Shown here: positions 52,572 to 62,934 of the stretch, in pieces | Position numbering within the stretch: position 1 is the stretch's first letter | Layout of the letters: the number at the start of each line of letters is the position of its first letter | Source of the DNA: Alphaproteobacteria bacterium | GTDB lineage: Bacteria; Pseudomonadota; Alphaproteobacteria; MPNO01; UBA830 | Direction: 5' to 3' | Assembly (NCBI GenBank): GCA_964291215.2 | Contig: OZ219790.1 | Coordinates: 1,568,001 to 1,632,000, forward strand | DNA: 64,000 bases | Translations under genes and position numbers: made by a program | The notes under the pieces: generated by a model | The model's input: only the letters and a program-made list of their open reading frames with translations | Database searches by the model: none | Told to the model about the DNA's origin: nothing

Positions 52572-53498
52572 ATGACCACCGGACTATACACCCACCCGAG
52601 TTCGCTGGATCACGACACGAGCCCCGGACACCCGGAGCGGATTGAGCGGATCGCGACCGTCTACACGACCCTCGACGACGCCAGCTTCGCCGCGCTCCGC
52701 CGCAGGGAAGCGCCACCATCGTCCGTCGGCGAGCTCGGTCGGGTGCATCGGGACGACTATGTCACCCATACCCTTGAGCGGATTCCCGCTGCCGGCTTCT
52801 CCCGGCTCGATCCCGACACGGTGGTCTCGTCCGGTTCCGGCACTGCCGCCCTCCATGCCGCTGGCGCGATGATTGCCGCCGTGGACGACGTAGTCGCCGG
52901 CAACGCCGACAATGCATTCTGCGCGGTGCGGCCGCCGGGTCATCACGCCGAGGCCAGCCGCGGCATGGGGTTCTGCCTATTCAACAACGTAGCCGTGGGC
53001 GCGATGCATGCCCGTCACGTCCACGGCCTGCAGCGCGTAGCAATTGTCGATTTCGACGTGCATCACGGAAACGGCACGCAGGCGATGTTCGAGAGTGATC
53101 CGGACACGCTGTTCGCATCGACGCACCAGTACCCGCACTATCCGGGCACCGGAGCCGCCGGAGAGACCGGCGTGGGCAATGTCTTCAACGCACCGCTCGC
53201 CGCCGGCTCGGGCGGCGCCGAGTTCAGGGCGGCAATGGAAGAACGGATCCTGCCGGCGCTGCGCGGCTTCGCGCCTGCCATCGTCTTCGTTTCGGCCGGG
53301 TTCGACGCCCACTCGCGCGACCCGCTGGCGTCACTGAATTTCGAGGAAGCGGATTATGAATGGGCGACTCGCAAACTCATGGAGATCGCGGACGAGTTCT
53401 CCAGAGAGCGCCTCATATCAACCCTCGAAGGAGGCTACGACCTCGAGGCCCTGAGCAACAGTGTGCAGGCGCATGTCGGCGCGCTGATGTCCTCTTAG
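52572..53498 (+). CDS. Histone deacetylase-family protein
   Basis: HPERIER, RPPGHHA, GFCLFNN, DFDVHHGNGT, SAGFDAH, LEGGY. Confidence 0.93.
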   Translation: MTTGLYTHPSSLDHDTSPGHPERIERIATVYTTLDDASFAALRRREAPPSSVGELGRVHRDDYVTHTLERIPAAGFSRLDPDTVVSSGSGTAALHAAGAMIAAVDDVVAGNADNAFCAVRPPGHHAEASRGMGFCLFNNVAVGAMHARHVHGLQRVAIVDFDVHHGNGTQAMFESDPDTLFASTHQYPHYPGTGAAGETGVGNVFNAPLAAGSGGAEFRAAMEERILPALRGFAPAIVFVSAGFDAHSRDPLASLNFEEADYEWATRKLMEIADEFSRERLISTLEGGYDLEALSNSVQAHVGALMSS

Positions 53499-53626
53499 GA
53501 CGGCGCCAGCGGACCGGTCTGGACGGCGTGCCGGGGGCGGGCGGCCGAAAACTGACCCGAAAACGCCGGAGCGGCCCCTATGTCCGCCGTGTCGGATCCG
53601 GGCGTGACAGCCGGCACGCAGGACCG

Positions 53627-55723
53627 TCACACAGGCGCGGGAACGCCGACAAGATCCACGACCTTCGGAACCTGGCGGAGCGCCCAGTCGAGCTCCCGGC
53701 GCTCGACCTCGCCGCACTGACGCGGCGCGACCAGGTTGGAGAGCGGGATGCCCGCCTCCAGATCACGGAGTTGCTGGCGGAGAACCACTCTGAGCAGAAT
53801 TTCGTGCGCCGCGATCAGGTCACCGACAAGGTCTTCCGGCACGCTTCCCGCCTCAGCTGCAGCGCGTAGACGCGCCTCGGTCGAACGGGCGGCAATGCCG
53901 TTGGAAATGGCCAGCACCCGAGCCGCCGAGAACACCGGCATGAGGCCGGCCATCTTGAGGTCGATCCGCCCCTCCTTAAGCCGCAAGCGGCCGAACCAGC
54001 CATGCGGCTTGGCGAACTGCGCGGCATTCCCGGCCAGCAGTCGCAGGAAGGGACGGCTGGCGCGCGCCATCGTCCGCGCCTCGGCACCCAGCGCCTCGGC
54101 AAGGGAATCGTCGCCGTGAACCGGCGCGGCATCGAAGAAGATATCAGCATTGAGAATGTCTTCGGGCCGGGTACGCGCCAGCCATATTTCCACGGTGGCA
54201 CGCCAGCCATCGAGATCGTGTCTCCAGGCAGCGTTCGACGCCATGATGCCACCCGTACAGTAGCGGACACCGGCCTGGTCGAGGATATCGGCGACGCGCC
54301 GTCCAAGCGCCTCGCACCAGCGGTCGGCGTCGGAACCCGGTGACCCTTCGCGAAACACGATTGCGTTGTCCTGATCCATTGCCAGCAGGCTCTCGCCGCG
54401 CCCGCCGGAACCCAGGACCAGCATCGCATAGGGTGGCGCCTCCGTTGCGGCATGCTCGCTTTCGGCGATCTCGCATGCCCGGCGGGTAAGCGCACGCAGT
54501 TCGCGCGAGATGACCGCGGCGACAAGTCGAGCATCCACCTCCTCGTCGACCAGAGCGCGCGCGACGCCCGCGAGTTCGGACCAGACACGGCCGAGTTCCG
54601 GCGCATCGTTCGCAGATTCGATCTCGTGGCCGAGGGAGACCGAGTCGTCGGCCCGCCCGCGCAGCAGATCGCGGGCGCTCAGTACGCCGACGACAGTCCC
54701 ATCTGCGTCAACGACACCGAGGTGCCGGAAGCCGCCGGTCTTCATCGACACCAGCGCCCGGTACACCAACTCCGAGTGTCCGACAGTCCTCAGCGAACTC
54801 GAGCAGACATCGCCGACCGGATCCGCAAGCACCTGCGCGCCGCCGCGACGCAGGGCGCGCAGCACGTCGCGTTCGGTGATGATCCCGTATGGCTCTTCCG
54901 CCTCCGGTGTGACGATGAGCGAACCCACCCTTTCGTCGATCATGCGCGCGAGCGCGTCGGCAAGCGGCAGGTCGCGCACCGCGAAAACCGGCGGCGCGGT
55001 CATCAATTCGGCGACGCGATGACGGTACGGAAAGCTGTCTATGCGCGCGTACTCGGCCGGGGCGGATGACGGAATCTCACGCACCCCAAGGCCGGCGGCC
55101 TGGCTTCGCTCGCACGACCGGCGGCAGATCCTTTCCGCCTCGGCAAGAGTGGAGACGCCGCGCCCGCGCAGCTTCGGAAGAAGCGCGAGAAAGATCCGGG
55201 CCGTCAGCACCGCATCCGCAAGCGCCCGGTGCCGTCCCTCGACCGGCACGCCCAGCCAGCCAGCCAGGGTCTCGAGCGACCAGTCCGGCAGGTCCGAACC
55301 GACCGCCTGAGCCAGATCGCGCGTATCCAGTGTGCGCGGCGCCTGCCATGAGAGTCCGTGCCGCCGATGCTCGGCTTCGAGGATCGCGAGGTCGAACCCC
55401 ACCGAATGGCCGAGAAACACGGCCGGTCCGGCCCACTCCGCGAAACTCCGCATGCCGGCAACAAATCCCGGCGCGCCCGCAACTTCGCCGTCCGTAATTC
55501 CGTGAATGGCGGTGGAAGCGGGCGGAATCGGCTCTCCGGGATCGATCAGGTGGCAATTGCTGTCGCTGTCGTCGATCCTACCCGCCGCGAGCCGCACGGC
55601 ACCGATCTCGATCACGCGGTCCCGCGTCGTATCGAGGCCCGTGGTCTCGGTATCAAAAACGACGACCGTAAGCGACGCCAGTGGAAGGGCCGAAAGGCCC
55701 GGCGGAGACGGCAGGAAGCTCAT
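53627..55723 (-). CDS. Fusion of DEDDh 3'-5' exonuclease, CBS pair and DUF294 nucleotidyltransferase-like domain
   Basis: VFDTETTGLD, HRALADA; GIITERDV, FRHLGVV; LGSGGRGESLLAMDQDNAI, IDLKMAG. Confidence 0.88.
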   Translation of the reverse strand: MSFLPSPPGLSALPLASLTVVVFDTETTGLDTTRDRVIEIGAVRLAAGRIDDSDSNCHLIDPGEPIPPASTAIHGITDGEVAGAPGFVAGMRSFAEWAGPAVFLGHSVGFDLAILEAEHRRHGLSWQAPRTLDTRDLAQAVGSDLPDWSLETLAGWLGVPVEGRHRALADAVLTARIFLALLPKLRGRGVSTLAEAERICRRSCERSQAAGLGVREIPSSAPAEYARIDSFPYRHRVAELMTAPPVFAVRDLPLADALARMIDERVGSLIVTPEAEEPYGIITERDVLRALRRGGAQVLADPVGDVCSSSLRTVGHSELVYRALVSMKTGGFRHLGVVDADGTVVGVLSARDLLRGRADDSVSLGHEIESANDAPELGRVWSELAGVARALVDEEVDARLVAAVISRELRALTRRACEIAESEHAATEAPPYAMLVLGSGGRGESLLAMDQDNAIVFREGSPGSDADRWCEALGRRVADILDQAGVRYCTGGIMASNAAWRHDLDGWRATVEIWLARTRPEDILNADIFFDAAPVHGDDSLAEALGAEARTMARASRPFLRLLAGNAAQFAKPHGWFGRLRLKEGRIDLKMAGLMPVFSAARVLAISNGIAARSTEARLRAAAEAGSVPEDLVGDLIAAHEILLRVVLRQQLRDLEAGIPLSNLVAPRQCGEVERRELDWALRQVPKVVDLVGVPAPV

Positions 55724-56376
55724 TCTGCCGAGCGCGCCGTGCGCCGCCACGCCCGGCAGACAGCGGGCCCGTCGACCCGCTTGCGGAACTGGGTTCGGAC
55801 GTCGCGCCAGCGAAAACGGATCGAATTGCTGACGATCCCGCTGTCCAACTGCTTGAACTCGTCGATGACCGGCGCGAACCGGACAAGGTCGGCGGCGCTG
55901 CCGGCAAAGGCATTCTCGCCGACGGCCGCGTCATGCCAGCGGATCCCTTCCACGCGTCCGCGGAAGTCCGCCGCCATACTCGCCGCGACCTCGTCGGGAT
56001 CCTCCCCTTCGAGAACGCGTCGCATGGCGCCGGCGAAGCAGAGGCGCGCGAGTGCCGCCGCATCATCGGCATCCAGACCGCCGTGTTCGCGAGTTACCGC
56101 TACCGTGAACACAGTCAGGTCGGCGAGCGAGGAGACGAAGACCCTGATCGCCGCCAGCCTGATGGCGCCGGCGAAGACTTCATCCTGAAACAGGTCGCGG
56201 TACCGGGTTCCCATGCGGGTCTTCAGATAGCCGTAGAGCGCGGTCTGCGCGACATAGGCGGACCGCGTCTGCACGAAATGCGTGAGCGTCTCGACGGAAT
56301 CGATCGGGCTCCGATCGAAGCGTTCGGCGAGCACCTTCAGCGGTCCGGGCAACAGGGCGGCAACGCGTTGAAGCAT
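55720..56376 (-). CDS. Conserved hypothetical protein
   Basis: Coding-like 218-aa ORF with ATGA overlap into the downstream fusion gene. Confidence 0.7.
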   Translation of the reverse strand: MLQRVAALLPGPLKVLAERFDRSPIDSVETLTHFVQTRSAYVAQTALYGYLKTRMGTRYRDLFQDEVFAGAIRLAAIRVFVSSLADLTVFTVAVTREHGGLDADDAAALARLCFAGAMRRVLEGEDPDEVAASMAADFRGRVEGIRWHDAAVGENAFAGSAADLVRFAPVIDEFKQLDSGIVSNSIRFRWRDVRTQFRKRVDGPAVCRAWRRTARSAE

Positions 56377-56762
56377 CGGAAGACCCCATGGTCAGGCAAT
56401 CGGGATGGAAGAGCGGGCAGCCAAACCGCGCCCGCCTCCGTCGGCTGACGCCGGCCACACCGCGAACCGGTGCCAACGATGCCAGATGGTAATGGCGAAG
56501 AAAAGAGATCGGATCGCAGCCTCCGCTTGAGCTCCGTGCAGACCGGTTTCAAGGTCCGAACCGTTCGTCATCCCACCTCGAAAACGCAGAGCCAGACCGA
56601 ATCGATACCGTCTTCGCCGGCGAGGCCAGCCGATCGCTGGAGTTTGCCGACGCCCGTCGCAGGCGGGCCGCACGCGCAACATATTCGTTCGCGACACCGG
56701 ACCGGCGGCCTAGACCACGACCCGGAACCACTTGCACGAACTCGGGACATCCAGATAATAAT

Positions 56763-56779
56763 TTCATGTATTATATGAA
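56763..56779. promoter_or_regulatory. AT-rich inverted repeat, candidate regulator site in the divergent intergenic region
   Basis: TTCAT-gtattat-ATGAA in an AT-rich patch. Confidence 0.3.
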
Positions 56780-57100
56780 TCAACATGTTGAGCATGATTT
56801 TTGCCGGTTTGACGGACACATCATCTTGCTGCCAGAGATGCCGCCGCCACCCGAGAATATGTCGGGCCCCGGCATTCGCGCCAGCCTGATTCGCAACCGT
56901 GTCATCGCCGCGGATGTCGAGCGCGCCTAGCCCGTGCAATCCGGCGGGTCGCGGACCGAAAGAAATTCTGTCTTGCATTTGTTAACGCAAGATCGTTAGA
57001 TATGGCTTGTCGGAGAAGTCGGCACTCCTGCAGACTATGAGACCTACACGGAGGCTGGTCGTTCGGCAAGCAAGATAATTTCAAGGCGAGGATGGGTTTA

Positions 57101-57361
57101 ATGTCTCAGAATAAATCGGAGAAGCGCAGACTCCATTGGGAGAAGACCCGGAACCTGACGATCTTGGTTCTGGTCATCTGGTTCATCTTCTCCTTCGTTG
57201 TTCATTGGTTTGCCAAGGGATTGAACGAAATGTCGTTCATCGGCTTCCCCTTCGGCTACTACCTGGCGGTCCAAGGCTCGCTCATCATTTTCGTGCTGCT
57301 GATCTTCTACCAGAACTGGCGGCAGGACAAGATCGACGACGAGTCCGGACTCGGCGAGTGA
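57101..57361 (+). CDS. DUF4212 small subunit of the solute:sodium symporter
   Basis: HWEKT, GFPFGYYLAVQGS; directly upstream of the symporter. Confidence 0.85.
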   Translation: MSQNKSEKRRLHWEKTRNLTILVLVIWFIFSFVVHWFAKGLNEMSFIGFPFGYYLAVQGSLIIFVLLIFYQNWRQDKIDDESGLGE

Positions 57362-57374
57362 AGGGAGCGGCACC

Positions 57375-59189
57375 ATGTTCAGTTTCAAAGGCAACTTCAT
57401 CGATAACCTGCCGAAGATCTACGGGCTGTATACGGGCGGGTTCATCGTCTTCATCCTGCTCATGGCTATCCTTGAGCAGGCGGGATTGGGTGCGGATACG
57501 ATCGGCATCCTCTTCGTGGCCTTCACAATCGTCATCTATGCCGGCATCGGCTGGCTGTCACGAACCATGCAGGTCGAGGCCTACTATGTTGCGGGCCGGG
57601 AGGTGCCACCAGTCTTCAACGGCATGGCGACGGCGGCGGACTGGATGTCCGGCGCCTCCTTCGTCGCCCTTGCCGGCGGCATCTATTTCGGCGGGCATGG
57701 CTACCTGGCCTTCGTGGTCGGATGGACCGGCGGCTATGTGCTGGTAAATTCGCTGATGGCGCCGTATCTGCGGAAGTTCGGCTGCTACACGGTTCCAGAC
57801 TTCATCGGCACGCGCTACGGCGGAAACACGGCGCGCTTCGTCGCGGTCGTCATTCTGGTGGTCGCGTCTTTCACCTATGTGACGGCGCAAATCAACGCCA
57901 CCGGCACCATCGCCGCGCGCGCGCTTCAGATCCCGTTCGAGGCCGGCGTGTGGATCGGGCTCTTGGGCATTCTGCTGTGCTCGATGCTCGGCGGCATGCG
58001 GGCCGTGACCTGGACTCAGGTGGCGCAGTACATCGTGCTCATCATCGCCTATCTGGTTCCGGTGATCTGGATGTCGAACAAGCAGGGCTTCGGGGTCATT
58101 CCGCATTTTACCTACGGCGACGCAGTGGCGCGCATCGCGGAACTCGAACAGACGCTGAAGGTCGGCATGGCAGCCGCAGAACAGGTCGCCGGCGTGAAGG
58201 TTCTCACCAATCTGCACAACGCCCCCGAGGGCGGCATAGCGGCGTGGAAGTTCGTCACGCTCGCCCTCTGCATGATGGCCGGCACCGCCTCGTTGCCGCA
58301 CATTCTCATGCGTTATTTCACCACGCCGAGCGTGCGTGCGGCGCGGAAATCGGTGGCCTGGTCGCTGCTGTTCATCTTCCTGCTGTACTTCACGGCTCCG
58401 GCGCTGGCGACCCTGACCAAGCTCCAGCTCCTGGACCCGAACCTGGCTACCAGTATCATCGGCAAGGCGATTGCCGATGTGAACGCCCTCGAATGGGTGC
58501 AGAAGTGGGCCTCGGTGGGAATGCTGGCGATCAAGGACAGCAATGCCGACGGCATACTGCAGATCAACGAGTTCTTCATGCGGCCTGATATCGTCGTGCT
58601 GGCAACACCGGAAATCGCCGGCCTGCCATACGTCATCTCAGGCCTCGTCGCGGCCGGCGGAATGGCCGCGGCCATGTCGACCGCCGACGGTCTGCTGCTC
58701 GCCATCGCAAACGCGCTGAGCCACGATCTGTACTACAAGATCATTGATCCCAAGGCGGACACCCGCCACCGGCTCATAGTGGCGCGCGTTTTGCTGATCG
58801 TGATCGGCGCACTCGGCGCCCTGGTCGCAAGCATGAAGCTGACGGGCATCCTCGGCGCGGTCGCCTGGGCGTTTTGCTTCGCTTGCTCGGGACTGTTTTT
58901 TCCCCTTGTCCTCGGAATTTGGTGGCGTCGGGCGAACCGGGCCGGTGCCATAGCCGGCATGATCGCCGGTTTCATTGCGGGGTCCGCCTATCTGGCGTAC
59001 GTATACAATGGCGGTGCTCAATGGTGGGGTATTGACCATCTCCGCTTCGGGATGATCGGCATGCCGGTCAGCCTCATAGTGATGGTTGTGGTCAGTCTCA
59101 TGACCGAGGAACCGGATGAGGAAACCAAGGCCATGGTGGACGAGGTGCGCGACCCAACGGGTCAAACCATCCTCGCTTCCGAGCAATAG
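57375..59189 (+). CDS. Sodium:solute symporter, ActP/VC_2705-like
   Basis: NGMATAADWMSGAS, VPDFIGTRY, GTASLPHILMRYFT, AAAMSTADGLL. Confidence 0.92.
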   Translation: MFSFKGNFIDNLPKIYGLYTGGFIVFILLMAILEQAGLGADTIGILFVAFTIVIYAGIGWLSRTMQVEAYYVAGREVPPVFNGMATAADWMSGASFVALAGGIYFGGHGYLAFVVGWTGGYVLVNSLMAPYLRKFGCYTVPDFIGTRYGGNTARFVAVVILVVASFTYVTAQINATGTIAARALQIPFEAGVWIGLLGILLCSMLGGMRAVTWTQVAQYIVLIIAYLVPVIWMSNKQGFGVIPHFTYGDAVARIAELEQTLKVGMAAAEQVAGVKVLTNLHNAPEGGIAAWKFVTLALCMMAGTASLPHILMRYFTTPSVRAARKSVAWSLLFIFLLYFTAPALATLTKLQLLDPNLATSIIGKAIADVNALEWVQKWASVGMLAIKDSNADGILQINEFFMRPDIVVLATPEIAGLPYVISGLVAAGGMAAAMSTADGLLLAIANALSHDLYYKIIDPKADTRHRLIVARVLLIVIGALGALVASMKLTGILGAVAWAFCFACSGLFFPLVLGIWWRRANRAGAIAGMIAGFIAGSAYLAYVYNGGAQWWGIDHLRFGMIGMPVSLIVMVVVSLMTEEPDEETKAMVDEVRDPTGQTILASEQ

Positions 59190-59209
59190 CTGAAGTTTCC
59201 CGTTGCGTT

Positions 59210-59246
59210 TCGAGGGCGGGACCCTGTCCCGCTCTCGACTTTTTTT
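59210..59246 (+). terminator. Rho-independent terminator
   Basis: tcgagggcggga-ccctg-tcccgctctcga followed by T7. Confidence 0.8.
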
Positions 59247-59400
59247 GCGGCTGACGGTTGTGTCCATGCGTCCGCAGTCCGGGACGGAAAGGCGCCCCGA
59301 CGCGCTGTAGAATCGGGCGCATTGATACGTACCATCGCCTCGCTTCGGCGAACGTCTTCCAGACAGGCGAGAAGTTGAACGGTTTTATTTCGGGGGAGAC

Positions 59401-59739
59401 ATGGCGATTCCGCTTTGGGCGATCGCGCTCGACTATCTCCTAGGCATGGTCATGTGGACGCTGATCGGGCGGTCGGCGATGAATATATTCCTGCCGGTCA
59501 CGTCAGACTTCTTTTTCATGAAGGCGTTCGTGAAGCTGACCGATCCGGTACTGCGAGTGTTCAGACCCGTCACTCCCGGTTTTCTGCTCGACGCCATCAT
59601 CCCGCTCTACGTAGCTTGGTTCTTCTACATGATCCGGTTCTACGCCATGCCCGGACTACTCGGATACTCGATCATGGGCATGTTGTCCTTCCCGCTTGAG
59701 AGCGAGATAGCGGCGGTGCTCTACCGTACCTTCAACTAG
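59401..59739 (+). CDS. YggT-like small membrane protein
   Basis: Hydrophobic 112 aa with KLTDPVLR; RBS GGGGAG. Confidence 0.7.
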   Translation: MAIPLWAIALDYLLGMVMWTLIGRSAMNIFLPVTSDFFFMKAFVKLTDPVLRVFRPVTPGFLLDAIIPLYVAWFFYMIRFYAMPGLLGYSIMGMLSFPLESEIAAVLYRTFN

Positions 59740-59743
59740 CCGG

Positions 59744-61343
59744 CAGGCTGCGAACCCCGTTTGGCACAAGGGGATTTCCGGCGACAGCGGCACGGCGAAA
59801 CGCCTTCGGCAGTCTGTCACGGCCCTTTCCATCGCCGGTCAGGAATAGATCACATCGCGTCCGGACCAAGTGTTTCCCACGCTGCATTCAATTTTGCTGT
59901 CTTCTGCTGTCTGGAGGTTTCACGGCGTGTCGGGTTTTCTGGCTTCGGGGCCATCCGCGGTCGTCGCCGGCGGCGTTATCGGCGCGTGGGCGGGTTGTTT
60001 TCGGGATGTGGGCGGCGTCCGGGAATCGGCCGGACACCATTGGCGCTCAGGGCTGCGACGGCTTTCCGGCGGTCGAGCCGCCGCCGTGTTTCGGCGAGGC
60101 TCTCGCGTCGGTTGGCGAAGATCACCGCGAGCGCGATGTTGTCGAGGCTGGCGCGGTTTGCGGGTCAGGCAGGCGTCCTCGCCGAAGACGCAGTCTCGAT
60201 GGTTCATGTTTTCCACGGCCCGCGGCTGCAGCAGTTCCTCTGGCGACGCGTGTTGCGCATCGAGCGAGCATCCATGTTTCTTGGCAAGGTTTTTGCGGGT
60301 GTCTGCGGTGATTTTTTCTGTGGTTGTCCACAAGCGGTGCAGTCGTTGCCGCTCGCCGCGCCGCTGGCGCTCTTTCCCGGCGGCTCGCGGTAGCATGCGG
60401 GCGATCTGCCGGGGTAGTTGATCAGGTCCTCGAGCGGCACGCGCTGCTCGAGGCGGGCCTTGCCTCCTTGAAGCGGCCATCCGTCTCCCGGTCGATGCCG
60501 TCGAAGGTTTCGGGCGCCCTTGACCGGGACGACATAGTCTGCGCCGCAGCGCCGGGTGATCAGCGTCGCCGGCGTCGTGCGGGTGATCACCTTGCCGCGG
60601 ACATCGGTGCGCTCGAGGAGGTGGCCGCCAGCTCGCCGTCGTCGAAGTTCAACAGCGCGAAGGGTGCGCCGGAGGCGTGACCACGGTCTCGTGGTGGCCG
60701 CCGCGGATGCGCTTGCCGTCGGCGGCAAGCGCCCGGGCGAGCCCGCGGCCGAGCACATCCTCGAGCGCCTCGGGATCGATCGACCGGACGACCCGGTGGA
60801 GGGTCGCCCCGGAGGGCGGCTCGCGCAGCTCCGTCCTCGGGTTCCGCCGATGGCCTCGTCCCGGGACAGCGACCGCGCAAACTGCGCAGCTGCCTTTCAT
60901 GTTCGCAAGCTCGGCGAGAACGTGAGCACACCGTGTGCTTCCTGCGTGGCGGAAGTCCTCGATCGCCGCCAGCTCGTCGTGCAGCGAACGCATCACCTCG
61001 GAACCCCGGGGAGCGAGGAGGCAGGCGGCGCCACCGCCTGCGACAGCAGCCGTCGCGCCGCACAACGAAAATCTCCTTGCCATGGGGGTCGGTGCAGCGC
61101 CCGCGGGCAAACCCCTTGGCACGCCAGCCCGCCGCCTTGTGCCCGCAAAATGCTCCGGATTGCAGAACGTCTCCGCCACAACCCAGGACGATCTTACGCT
61201 AAATTCTGTTCGATTTTTCAAGGTAGTACCTGGGTTTTGCGGGGGCGCGGGTTGGTGCGGGAATGTCGGTTCACAAGTACATCGCGTCCCGTCCGATTCA
61301 CGTCGCAGCTCCGGAAAGGTCTGTCCGAGGTTCGCGAAGCCTG
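59744..61343 (-). mobile_element. ISAs1-family element remnant
   Basis: IEDFR, PPSGATLHRVVRSIDPEALE, ALAADGKRIRG, DYVVPVKG; candidate ends caggctgcgaacc / ggttcgcgaagcctg. Confidence 0.72.
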
Positions 61344-61616
61344 AGGAGCGTCCGCTGCGTTGATGGACGACTATCTCGGGTTTCGTCGTCTGGCAGGGCT
61401 GCACCATATTGCGTCCTTCAGGGGGCAGTGGTCTGGCGGCGTGACGGGGCCTTCAAGTGCCGCGACCGGTGGCTGGAAGCCGGAGCAGCAGTGGCTTGAT
61501 CTGACAACACGCGACTGCTTGCGGCGCCGGGAACGTTTCCGAACCTTGCCTCCTTCTTTCTTGCGACGCGGCGGCTGGCCGACGACTGGGCCTGCGGCCA
61601 CCAGATGGTTGTGGCG

Positions 61617-61890
61617 CAGGACTTTCCCACGCTGTGGTTGATGTTTGAATGACCGCTGAACGGGGCACAAATTTCCGCATTCTTGACAGGTTTTCCGGCT
61701 GTGGCGACCCGTGGACAGCCCTGCGGCCAGAAAACCCGGCAGGCTGCGCAACTTCTCTCCATAAGCAGTCGGCAAGATCGAATGCAGCGTGGGAAAGTCC
61801 TGGAGCGTGGGACAGGCTCATGCGGTTCCGCATCAGGGTCGCGAGATCGTCGAGCAGCGTGTAGAAGCTGTGCACCGAGAACCGGCGGCA
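61617..61890 (-). mobile_element. IS1634-like transposase 3' remnant
   Basis: VHSFYTLLDDLATLMRNR...AAFDL. Confidence 0.6.
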
Positions 61891-61975
61891 TCCGCAGAGT
61901 TTCAAGGAAAATCTTGGCGCCAAGGCGCCAAGCCATGGTATTCTCGGGCCGACAAACAACGGAAGACGTGAAATC

Positions 61976-62809
61976 ATGACACTCAAAGCACAGGCTCATG
62001 ACGACACGGTCCAGGGCATTCTCCAGTTCACCGTGCATACCGGCGAGATCCCGACGACGCAGGTCGGCGACGGGGGTGGGCGCAGCGATCCCAAGACCGG
62101 AACCTACGAAATGAAGCAGGTGGCGATCCACAACGGACGACCCATGGCGGACAGCTTCGATCTGGAACGACAGGGCTTCAATTTCCTGAGATATCCCACC
62201 GCGGTCAGGGATTTTACGGATCGTTCCGAAGTCGAAAGCGTCTACTACCCGGAACTCGAACGGCTGCTGCTCAGGGAAACCGGTGCCGCCAAGGTTGTCA
62301 TTTTCGACCATACGATACGCATCGGCGATCCGGCAAAGAGGGATGCGCTCGGCGTGCGCGATCCGGTGCGCAACGCACACAACGACTTCACCGACGAGTC
62401 CGCCCCCCAGCGCGTCCGCGACCTGCTGCCCGCCGACGAGGCGGAAGAGCGCCTCAACCGGCGCTTCACGTCCATCAACGTCTGGCGCCCGCTGACCGGG
62501 CCGGTGAAGACCGATCCGATCGCCATCTGCGAATGGGAAAGTATCGGGGTAAACGACATGATCGTTGCCCGGCGCGTCTACAAGGACCGCGTCGGCAGCA
62601 TCCTCAATCTCAGCTACAACCCCCGGCAGCGCTGGTACTATTTCCCGGAGATGGGGTGCGACGAGGTCATCCTGCTCAAGTGCTTCGATTCCGAGCGCGA
62701 CGGTCGCGCCCGCTGGACCGCGCATGCCGCGTTCGAGGACCCGGATGGCAACGACAGCAGCCTTCCCGCGCGAGAGAGCATAGAAGTCAGAACGCTGCTG
62801 TTCTACTGA
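61976..62809 (+). CDS. CmcJ/NvfI (AsaB-like) family oxidoreductase
   Basis: FDLERQGF, IFDHTIR, AHNDFT, INVWRP, LLKCFDS, RESIEVR. Confidence 0.85.
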   Translation: MTLKAQAHDDTVQGILQFTVHTGEIPTTQVGDGGGRSDPKTGTYEMKQVAIHNGRPMADSFDLERQGFNFLRYPTAVRDFTDRSEVESVYYPELERLLLRETGAAKVVIFDHTIRIGDPAKRDALGVRDPVRNAHNDFTDESAPQRVRDLLPADEAEERLNRRFTSINVWRPLTGPVKTDPIAICEWESIGVNDMIVARRVYKDRVGSILNLSYNPRQRWYYFPEMGCDEVILLKCFDSERDGRARWTAHAAFEDPDGNDSSLPARESIEVRTLLFY

Positions 62810-62934
62810 ACAGCAGCGCCGGGGGCCGTGAGCGGCAAGCGGCGACGCAGTTTCGGCGCTGGCCGAACGCCCTGTAGCGGCAGCTTCTCCGGCGTTAGGG
62901 TACGGCCGTTCGGATCAACGGTTTCCGCCCGCGG

